Positions 54,010-64,000 of a stretch of 64,000 bases of DNA are shown here, piece after piece. How positions within the stretch are numbered: the first letter of the stretch is position 1; each line of letters begins with the position of its first letter. Origin of the DNA: Eledone cirrhosa (taxonomy: Eukaryota); the NCBI GenBank assembly GCA_964016885.1, contig OZ024741.1, positions 335,234,001-335,298,000 on the forward strand, written 5' to 3'. The notes beneath the pieces were generated by a model. That model saw only the letters and a program-made list of their open reading frames with translations. It searched no databases and was not told the DNA's origin. The translations under genes and the position numbers were made by a program.

Positions 54010-57000
54010 TTACAGGCACATACTCAGAGTAGGTCCATTCACTCGGGCCATTCTTGCCTCTCTCACAAATCTTTCAACAAAATGCTGGGAAGAGAGCACT
54101 TCCCTCTCTACCCTGATTTTCCTTTTCAAATGAAATTTGAAAAAGTTAATCAGAGCATCACTGAAGAGGTAAGTGCTCGTCTTCAGCCCTTTCAGATGCG
54201 TCCACCATACTATCTCTTTCGCCATGGCCACCAGACAGATAAAAAAGCCTGCCCTTCCCGGCTAAAGGAAGAGAGCGAAGCAATCCTCACGATGGACTCA
54301 GCTGATAGCCGGATCTGTTCTACATGCAACAGCAGGTGTTCGACATAAACCCACAAGTTGGCAATGCTCGGACACTGAACGAGTGGGTGCAGGACGGTTT
54401 CGTTGCCCTGCGCACATCTCGGACATGCCCGGCTGACGGCACTTCCATGCTTGTAGAGTTTATCCCGAACTGGCAAAGCTCCTTGGTAGCACTGCCAGGC
54501 CAGGGATTTCTGGAAGTTGTCCATAGGTCCCGGCCCAGAAGTTCTTCCGAAGAGATTGGCTAGTTGATTTTCGTTGACGCCTAGAGTTTCCCCAAGTACG
54601 TCGTCGCTGTTCCCCTCCACTAATCCTCTATAGAATGCCAAGGTGGAGTTTCCACTGATCACATTGCCTGACTGGTCGAGGGCTGTGAGCACCTAAAGAC
54701 ATTCCAGTCTCCAAGCGCTCCCTCTCGGTCTTCGCTTGACCCAGGACTGCAGCTCCATCAAGGAGACGAGCTGGGGAAAGACGCGTCTAGCAAACCGCGA
54801 CCACACCTGATCACCGTCGAGGAAGAGGTGGAGATGTCGTAGCCTGAGCGCGTGTCTGCGCATCATCAGCCACAGCATGCCCAGCCCTCCACGTAGCGGG
54901 TGTTGACAGCAGATGGACCGCCTGACCATCGGAGTGCGTCCCTTCCTCAAAAAGCGAAAGAGCAAACGATCCAGTGCAGTCAGGCGAGGCTTAGTACGCA
55001 TTCGCCACCTCCGCTCAACCTTTCAGGGATAGCTTCCTCTCCGCCCATTTCTGGGTGAGAGAAGCCACCCTGCTCGTCACCTTGTCCCAGTTTTTGTCCG
55101 TCTGGATGTCTGGACCGAACCAGACTCCTAGCAATTTAACCGGTTCGTTCGTCCAGCGCCCGATGACGATGTTGGATGGCATGAACCTGCCTCTCCAGGT
55201 GCCGAGCTGCAGGCCGATTGACTTTTCCTGGTTGATCATTGCTCCTGTCACCGCTTCGTATTCTCTTAGTGTAGTGCCGATTGCTTTGATATGTTTGGCA
55301 TTCGACACTACTACGTTGACATCATCCGCATATGCTGACATGGATCTTCTGCATCCTAGTCCAGTTTGTGCAGTACAAGAGGGATGAAAGGGGTCATCCT
55401 TGGCGGACCAAACGCATGATGTTGAACGGTTCCGAAAGGTGACCATTCACTCTCACCACAGAGCATATGTCACTGCGCATGGCAGCGATCCAGCCTCTGA
55501 AGACGAGCCCAAAGCCAGCCGCCCTCAGGACTGCCGCCAGATAACGATGGTTGATCTTATCGAAAGCTTTCGACTGATCTAAATTGATCAAGGACCCACC
55601 CATGCCAGGTTCCCTAGCTACCCTCTCTACGATGTATCGCATGAGGTGGAGCTTGTCATGGATGGATCTGTCTGGAATGGCACATGTCTGCGCCTCTCCC
55701 ACCAGACCAACAATGACAAGCGCCAACCTCTTTGCTACCACCTTGGCCAAAATCTTGAACTCTGTGTTTAGCAGAGTTATGGGCCTGAAATTATCTATGT
55801 TATCCCCCTTGTTCAGATCTTTTCTCAGCAGCGCAACCGCTCCTCGGCTCACAGAGCTGAGAATTCTCCCGTTCTGTTGCCAGTTGCAGTAGACGTCCGC
55901 CAAGAGGCCTCCAAACAAGTCTGGCATCTGTACGTAAAGTTCATAGAGCAGACCATCCAAACTAGGCGATTTACCCCTTGTGCAGCCAGTCATTGCCTCC
56001 TGTACTTCAGCTGCTGTTATCGGATTTTCGCAACACTCCCTCAGTGACCGAGAGCCGCGGCAGTCCATCGAGGTAGGCACTAAAGTCCATCCCTCGATCC
56101 GGCCCACCGCTGCCCCCGAACAGCTGAGCGAAGTGTCGCTGAAAAGCTTCACAAATTTGCCCGGGATCGAGTAGCATGCGCCTGTCGTGGTCCACCAAAG
56201 ACCGGATCGGGGCTTTGTTGCTACGACGTGCTTCCGCCACTCGGCCCATTGAATGGCTTTCGTCCTCTTGTGTCTGAGAGCACGCACTCTAGCTCTGACA
56301 ACGCAGCCTTCGTGCTTTGCATTGAAGAACTGCTCAAAGGCCAATTTCGCTGCAAACGTCGATCGCGATGCCTTTGCTAAGCGCCTCGTCTAATTTTCTA
56401 TCTAGTTCTCCCTCTGCTCTATTTTTCTCTATTCCTAAAGCCTTACTACACCTAATGGACTCTATTCTAATCGCTCTTTTCAGAGCAAACCACCATTTGT
56501 TGTTGACGATGGCCCTCGTCAACGCTCGCTTAACTAGTTCGCTAATCCGGTCTCTGTAGGCCTTGTGCGCTGTTAATGACGCATTTAGCTTCCAGTAGCC
56601 AGGTCCCTGTCTATGAAGCCTATCTAAGTCAACCACACAGATCACAAATTTGTGGTCCGTGTAGCTGACTATCTTGAATTGTGAACAGCCTATGCAAGAC
56701 CTATCTATTTCCCTACAAAATACTCTATCTAGATATGATCTGGATGAGCCGACGCGGTTTGTCCAAGTCCACATTGGCACATTCGGGAAATCCAATCAGT
56801 ACCTGTCTGACAGTTGAAAACACCTGAGTAGGTTTGTGAGGCATTTACACCCTCCTCCCCTATCCGCTAATCCCACACAATCCCAGCGTGCATCTAAGAT
56901 CCTGTTCCAGTCGCCCACTAACACTAGAGAGCGGAACGTTCCAAGAAAGGTCTCCAGACGCCGGAAGAATTCAGGCCGTCCTGCTCCTGTTGGGGCATAG

Positions 57001-57344
57001 GCAGCCACTAGCCTGAAAGCTTGTCTTTCTCCGCTGGTCACGTCCAGTACCACAAACTTACCCTCTGGGTCCAAGAAGACGGCCCGTATCTCGACATCCA
57101 GACATCTGGCCGGAACAACACGGCCATTCCCCCCGCCCTCCACCCCCGATCCGGGACGGCTTGGAGATGTGTACACCTCGTAGCCGCCGAAAATGGGTGA
57201 GAATGTCCGTGCCTCGGAGATTCTGGTCTCGCTGATGGCCGCCACATCTATGTTTAGCAACCTGAGATCGTTCACCATGTGGCCCTGCTTCCAGGACGAC
57301 CCCAGGCCACGTACATTTATGCTACCTATTTTGAGATAAGCCAT
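54010..57344 (-). pseudogene. Tx1/L1-type ORF2 (APE, RT, C-terminal zinc finger), disrupted
   Basis: IGSINVRGL, ISETR, LVGDWN, SYLDRVF, YTDHK, GPGYWKLNAS, FRPITLLNTEFKILAKV, LDQSKAFDKINH, VRQG, SAYADD, KLLGVWF, GGLGM, CPRC..ETVLHPLVQC. Confidence 0.9.
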
Positions 57345-57399
57345 GTTGGCTAGGATAGGAGGAAAACAAGTGAGAGGGAGGAGGTATAAAAAATTACCT

Positions 57400-59005
57400 G
57401 TGGCTCTTCTTTAGGAAGGGGGTGGGTGATCCATCCTTCCGACCAGTGGTGGGTTTCTCCATGAAAATATCCGTGAATATTCTTTTGGTGATGTTCCCTC
57501 GGTAGTCTCCAATTTATGTGGGGAACATTTTTTTTAATGTTATGTAATTTTTTTGTGTAATTTCTATTATTTTTATGCGTGTGGGGGGTGCAATTTTGGT
57601 AGTTTGTTTCTGTGATGTTGGTGTGGTGTTGAATGTAATTTAAAAGCTTTGTGTTGTCTGTGTCTATGGCTGTGTATTGTATCTGCTGTTTGGGTGTTGG
57701 TGCTTTCTGTGTTTGCTGTCGTGTTGTTGGAGGTGACGATGGGGTAGATGCTAAGAGTGGCAGTGATGGTGATGGCGGTGGTGGTGGTGGTGTTGGTAGT
57801 GGTGGTAGGTGATGGTGTAGGTGGTTGTGGGGTGTGTGGCTGTTGATGGTGGTGGGGTAGATTTCATTTTCTTTTCTTTAGGGTTCTTTCTTCCTCTTTT
57901 TTTTGGGGGGGGGGGGAGTAGGGAGTTCTTCCTTTTTTTTTGTTGGAATAGTCCTCCACTCTTCGGCCTCATTGCACTCCTTGTCCGATTTAGCTATATC
58001 AGGAAGGGGTATGCTTTCCATTGGTTCTCTGGGTGGTGGAAGAGATGGTGCTTTTGTTGTTGGGGATGATGATTTCTCTTCTGCCACTGTGGTCTTTGTT
58101 TGTTTGTCTGCTCCAGTTGCGGGGCACGGCGTGGGGAGAAGGGGTGGGCGCGTGCCTGTTTTGGTAAGTTTGGGGCAGAATGCCTTAAGGTGCGTCTTGT
58201 CACCGCATCCATGACACCTTGACCGCCTACCTTCGACAGTCACGGGTAGATGGCTGCCGTCGTCGAGGTCTATTACATTGAGGATGGCCTCAATGCTCTC
58301 ATGGTTTGCTAGGATGATTAGCTCCATCCCCGACCCTGTCCAATTTTCCTGTCTTATTCGCATGACGTTGAGTATGGTTGTTGAATCCTCAACGTCAGCG
58401 AGGACGGCTGCCGTCAACCAAGCCATCTCCACTGAGGGTGGAACCTGGCCCACTTAAACCCTCACGACTCTCTGGCCGCAGTATGTGGGCATCATTATGA
58501 TTTCGTCACTGCGGAGTGGCGCAATGTAGTGTGCTCTGGCTTCTTCTGGTGTAGCGAAGAGCAAATCCACAGTGCCATATCTCGATCCCCGGGCTATATA
58601 TGTTTCCTGTGCCTAGATGGTGCCCATAGCTCTTTGTACCTGTGACTCCATTGCCCATTCAACTCGCCTGGATTTTGATCCGATCGTGCGATAACTGACC
58701 GAACACAAAAGCTTGTTTCGTATTATCTCAGATGGGCGAGTGATACTTACTCTGTGTCCGGTCTTTTTAACCAAGACCTTTGCTTGTTTTATCTCTTCGT
58801 TAGTGATGTGTACTTGTTCAAAATTATTTGTCGTTTTAGCGAAAGCCGTGTTTGTTTTGATTTGTGTTGACTCATCACTAGTTTCGTCTTTGTTGCCGTC
58901 GTTAGTATTTTTGTTTGTTTTATTTTCCTCTGTGTTGCTGCTGTTATAGTTGTTGTTCTTTGGGTTCTTTATGGCTGTTGCTGTTGTTATTGTTGTTATT
59001 GGGGT
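57400..59005 (-). pseudogene. Tx1/L1-type ORF1 with CCHC zinc knuckle, disrupted
   Basis: VTVEGRRSRCHGCGDKTHLKAFC (CX2CX4HX4C), followed by a Pro/Lys-rich tail. In-frame stops join ORFs 58613..59086 and 57878..58453. Confidence 0.75.
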
Positions 59006-59008
59006 GGT

Positions 59009-59630
59009 GATGTCTAATATAGATACAAGGCAGGCAGTTTTGGTGGGAAAAAAGTTGACTAAATTAACCTTGGTTTTGCTTTTCATCTTTTCAGGGTCAA
59101 TTAAATTAAATATTTTCTTTCATCGACCCTGGAAGTACAAGAGGCAAAATTGACCTTGTTCAGACTTGAACTCAGAATGTAAATGGCCATAATGAAAAAC
59201 TGCAAAGAATAACAAAAATAATAATAATTGTTTCTACTTTAGGCACAAGACCAGAAATTACCCAGTGCATTACTGGTACTTTATTTTATCGACCCCATAA
59301 GGATGAAAGGCAAAGTCAACCTCGGCGGGATTTGAACTCAGATCGTAAAGGGACGTAACTATGCTGGAAAGCATGGCGTCCGACTCTCTACCGATACTGC
59401 CAATAATAATGGTTTCTACTTTGGGCACAAGGCCAACATTTTTTGGGAGAGGCAAGTCGATTAAATCAACCTCAGTGTGTTTCTGATACTTTGTTTTATT
59501 GACCCAGTAAGGATGAAAGGCAAAGCTCACCTTGGTGGGATTTGAACTCAGAACGTAAAGGGCCATAACTCTATGCCGCTAAGCATGTTATCCGACGCTA
59601 TACCAATTCTGCCAATCCACCACCCTTCAA
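59009..59630 (-). mobile_element. Head-to-tail array of ~3 Nin/Deu-domain-like SINEs upstream of the Tx1-like LINE
   Basis: Co-oriented units separated by (AAT)n. A copy in the opposite orientation lies at ~59850-60065. Confidence 0.8.
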
Positions 59631-59631
59631 A

Positions 59632-59718
59632 AATAATAATAATAAAGATGTCTTTTAATGACAACAAGGGTGCAAGACATTGGGGACAATACAAGGACGA
59701 AAAATAGGGTTTACAATT
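59632..59718 (-). mobile_element. Short 3' stub of a Tx1-like LINE
   Basis: Minus GTCCTTGTATTGTCCCCAATGTCTTGCACCCTTGTTGTC...(ATT)n resembles the 3'UTR at 53740-53830 (GTCCTGTATTGTCC..AATGTCT..ACCCTTGTGG). Confidence 0.55.
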
Positions 59719-60411
59719 CATCATCATCATCATCATTGTTTAACATCTATCTTCCACGCTAGCATGGGTTAGACTAATTATGATTATATTTTTTTTAATT
59801 CTTTTGCTAGCATAGGATGAATATGTTGGCATTACAGTATTCATCCAAGGGCTGTGGATTGACAGTAATCAGTAGAGCATCAGAGAACATGGTTTGTGGC
59901 ATATAGTTATGTCCCTTTACATTCTGAGTTCAAACTCTGCTGAGGTTAGCTTTGTCTTTCATCTTGATAGGGGTCGGTAAAATAAAGTACCAGTAACAAT
60001 AATCGATATTTGACTTTCCCCCTTCCTTCAAATTGCAGGCCTTGTATCAAATATAGTAACAATTATAGTATTTGTCCAAGAATCGTGATTTGGTATTACC
60101 TCATTTCAGATTTGTCTCCTGTTTCTAAATTTGACACATGTACTTCATTGAAAATCTACATTAAACTACTAACTCATGGCACATTTTTAACCCAGCATGC
60201 CTCATCCATTCATATTGAATATCCATTTTCCTTCTTCTTCTTCTTCTTCTTCTTCTTCTTCTCCTTCCCCAAATAGATTTCATATCCAACTGTTTGTGAA
60301 TCTAAACTTTTCACAGGAATTAACATTGTACATTCTATGGAACATAAAACAATTGCTGTCTGTTTTACTGATACCTACAGCTAACTTCTCTGTTGGATCT
60401 ACTGGGAATAT

Positions 60412-60476
<65 letters not shown>

Positions 60477-60837
60477 AGCTATCTACATATATATATGTGT
60501 GTGTGTGTGTGTATATATATATACAATATATATACATATATGTGTGTGTATGTATATATATATATATGTATGTGTGTGTTAGTATTAGTAAATGTGAGAA
60601 TAAAGAATACTCAATACCATAGTAGAGATTAATAATTTATTAAAGCTGACCCAGTAGCTTGTCGCTCTGGAGTTTGCTGGGTGTGTGCTGCCAATTCTTC
60701 AGACAGAAAAATATCAGTGTTTCCATTAATAAACTCTATCTCCGTTTTTTCTCTCTGCCTTTCTCTTTTTCTCTATCCCTGTATATCTCTTTCCCCTCTC
60801 TCTCTCTCTTTCTATATATATATATATATATATATAT

Positions 60838-61623
60838 ACGAACAGCAATGTTGCATGGCAGTGAGACCTAGGCCTTGTGTGCAGAGGATCTACGCAGACT
60901 GGAGAGGAACGAAGCTTGCATGCTCCGTTGGATGTGTGATAGTAATATACGTGAATGGCAAAGCATAAATGAACTAAGTGAGAAATTAGGAATAAGAGGG
61001 ATCAGATGCTGTTTACTCGAGAGAAGACTACGTTGGTATGGTCACATGATGCGCATGAAAGATGACAGCTGTATAAAAAAGTGCAGGGCGATCAAAATAG
61101 ACGGTAGCTACAGAGTAGGCAGATCCAGAAAAACCTAGGATGACTTGATAAAATCCGACCTCACACACTTACACCTCTCCAAGACAATGTCACTGGACCG
61201 GGATCTTTGGTGTTACGTAGTAATACAGAAGACCCGCCTTGCCTAAGTACAAAGCGAAACCTAGTCAGTAGGCACCTCTTAACCAAAATACACCTCCGTC
61301 CCACTAACCCTACCCTCACTGCCATCTACACCACCCCTTTCGATGTAATCTATGTTGGTACCACAGCATCCAGTCCTAAATAAATGAGGTCATGTAGGTG
61401 TCACAACAAAAAAACACACAGTCCACGCTGTAATGTGGCCGTGTAGGTAACACGGTAAAAAGTTCCCAGTCCACACTGTAAACGTGGTTGGTGTTAGGAA
61501 GAGCATCCAGCCGTAGAAAACCCACCAGACAGTCCTGAGCCAAACCAATCTTGCCTCAAGTGGGACAATTCCCGTCCAGATCCATGCTAGCGTGGAAAAT
61601 GGACGTTAAACGATGATGATGAT
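60838..61623 (+). mobile_element. 5'-truncated RTE LINE, family 2
   Basis: RTAMLHGSET*ALCAEDLRRLERNEACMLRWMC..RRLRWYGHM, with the composite 3'UTR and (GAT)n tail. Confidence 0.85.
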
Positions 61624-62161
61624 AGTGATGATATCTATCTGTTTTTCCCTTTCCTATATATACACACACATACAGTGGCTATTGATATCTAACATAACTC
61701 TCTCTCTCTATCTATCTCTCACCCTCTCTCTGCGTGTGTGAGGTTAGAATTATGTTAGTAAAGCCCATACAATGCAGCTTAAAAGTAAATAAGTGAAAGC
61801 AAGAGTAAAGTAAAACAAACAAAATAAAGCAACAGTTAACACTTTTACCTTATATTTTATTATATTTCAGGGTTAGGACCCCGTTTTCAAAAGACAGAAA
61901 ATAGAGTGTGATGGTGGTGGGGAACTGTCTGTAATCTTTTCATTACAATATTTCTATTTTGATAACATAACTAACTTTCCTATTATTAAGTTGGAGTTTG
62001 GAACATAACTTAACAAAGGTACTTATATAAGATTACAATGGAAGGGTTTTAGATAAATATAAACATTTAAAAATAGTTTTGCTTCATAGAACTAAGGGCA
62101 GTTTCAGGCAATTTGGTGTCATGGGCTAAAATACTGGGAAAATTACAATAACCCTTGTTAC

Positions 62162-62271
62162 TAGCTCATTCTAGAATTTCATAAAAGATTTTTCTTATGC
62201 TTCCCTCCATTTATTGCAATAAATGGAGAGAAGCATAAGAAAAGTCTTTTATGAAATTCTAGAATGAGCTA
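62162..62271. repeat. 110 bp spacerless palindrome
   Basis: 55 bp arms with 2 mismatches, centre ATTTATTG|CAATAAAT. Confidence 0.95.
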
Positions 62272-63635
62272 TAAAAAGATTACAGTGGCTGTCATGTTAC
62301 TTATTTAACAACTTAATAGTTATAGTGGTTTCTTCTGTTCCTGCACTAAACCATTTTGTTAGGTGGTGCAGTGCAGAACTACCGTTGACTGAGTAAATAA
62401 ATTGACTAAATAACTAACACTGGTTTTCTTGACCATAAACAAATGAAAGTCAAAGGCAACTTTTTTTCTCTTTTTTTTTTTCGTTATTTTTTGAAAATAA
62501 TAAAAATAAAAAAAAAATTAGCAGGATTAGAAAATTCAAAGACTTGAAAGTGAAACAAAAAATTAGCAATTATAATCATAATAATGTTCAGCATAAAGTC
62601 TAACATATAAATTCAATTGTTTACATAAAGGAAACCTTCATTTGTATTCACTGCTCTATAACACTAGCATAACACAAGGCTTTAAATAAAATAATTAAAT
62701 AAAATATGATAAATTATGATAAAATGTTATAAAATAAAATAAATTGTAATAAAATAAAATAAAATACAATAAAATGTAGTACAATGAAATGAAATGAAAT
62801 AAAATAAAAAGCCATGTTTTCACACAATAAACCAAGAAACTGTAGTGAAATGAAAAGAATGTATTATTTAGAACCTATTGCTTACTGTGCCACTATGCTT
62901 CATTTCATGACAAACGCCAGGAGGAAAAATGAAGGTTGTGATGCTTGCAGGAAGTAGCATGGTGGTTGTAACTCTATGGCTGGTTTACTCTGCTTTGTTC
63001 TTACTTAAGAAAAACGTAAAAAAAAAAATAAAAAAAATAACCATTGTTCTTCATAAGCAATTTGTTTCATTTCATTTCAATATATTGTAGTGGGCTGGTT
63101 CCTTCTCAAAAATAATTCTTTTCTTACTCCAGATATCATTGTTCTCAGAATAGTTTCCATTTTCTCTTGTCCTTTAAATATTCTCGAACCTTTAATACAA
63201 TATCTCCTCTGTAAAATTCTATTCCTCAAATCCTGTATATTTCTACTCTCATTTGAAATATTTATCTTATATATTTTCTTTGTTTAAATACTTACATTTT
63301 CCTCTTTCATAAAATGTGAGATTGCTTCTATAAATCTTTTGTTGGGGTTTTGCAATTCTTCATTGTACTATGATTATGTTTTCAGCACAGATAAAACAGG
63401 AAAAATATCAGCAGATTGGAATAATATAATTTTTTTTCTCTTTTGTTGACAAGTTTAATATATTTCACTCTTCAACTAAGATGGCATTATTCAGTCCATT
63501 ACTAGTTTAAATAATAACTACTGCATGATCCATTGTTTTACAACTGGAATAATTAATAGCATTCTGTTTCATCACGTTTCTTCACACACACATAAAAATA
63601 TAATGCATATGTGCATACAAATATATATATTCTGA

Positions 63636-63687
<52 letters not shown>

Positions 63688-64000
63688 TGTTATCTCACCC
63701 CCTCCCTCTCTCTCCACAAATATAAGATAAATCGGTTCAGAGTTATGAATCAGAATTTCTCGTATCTTGCTGTAGAACATTACTGCCAAATTGTCGTTTT
63801 GATAAATGTAATGTATTCACTTCATTTTCTTATCGTCTCTCTATGCTTCTTGATCCATTTACTTATCCGTATTTATATTGCCCATTTAAGTTAAATGTTC
63901 ATTTAACTTTTCATAATTAAGGTCGAATCTGTAAGTCCTTTATATAAAAATAAGCTTCTCGTTGACTTTCCCATTTCCCTCCCTCCCCCCGCCACCATTA

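Larger units (their letters stand above)
53740..59008 (-). mobile_element. Near full-length Tx1/L1-clade LINE
   Basis: ORF1 with a CCHC knuckle, ORF2 APE-RT-zf, ~250 bp 3'UTR ending in (ATT)n. The 5' boundary is approximate. Confidence 0.88.

Noticed and set aside
54082-58214. Plus-strand ORFs over the Tx1-like LINE (and minus-strand ORFs over the RTE)
   Set aside because: Antisense shadow ORFs of GC-richer TE coding sequence.

Overview
Eukaryotic, AT-rich, microsatellite-dense DNA with no recognisable host gene, rRNA, tRNA or CRISPR array. It reads as intergenic or intronic animal sequence, and the SINE/LINE families and (TA)n/(CA)n load suggest an octopod cephalopod (inference from recall, not tested). 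All convincing coding sequence is transposon-derived: a decayed IR/DR-type Tc1 transposon (14.3-15.7 kb); a young 5'-truncated Penelope-like element (PLE) with an open RT/GIY-YIG frame and an inverted pLTR (17.5-20.2 kb); a near full-length RTE LINE (45.9-49.2 kb); and a near full-length Tx1/L1-clade LINE (53.7-59.0 kb). There are also many RTE stubs, several tRNA-derived SINE families, a non-autonomous Helitron and MITEs. Best leads: (1) the Tx1-like LINE sits co-oriented inside a head-to-tail SINE array and shares with that SINE a 3' CTTGT-loop hairpin with compensatory stems plus an (ATT)n tail, suggesting a target-specific LINE/SINE pair that builds tandem arrays; (2) a minimal hammerhead ribozyme with a U3-A8 variant core in the PLE pLTR; (3) a PHD-type finger inside the RTE RT; (4) SINEs and a second RTE family built from RTE 5'UTR and 3'-tail modules; (5) several near-perfect fold-back palindromes. 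Most ORFs in the track are microsatellite artefacts. Coordinates were read by eye, and boundaries of degenerate elements are approximate.
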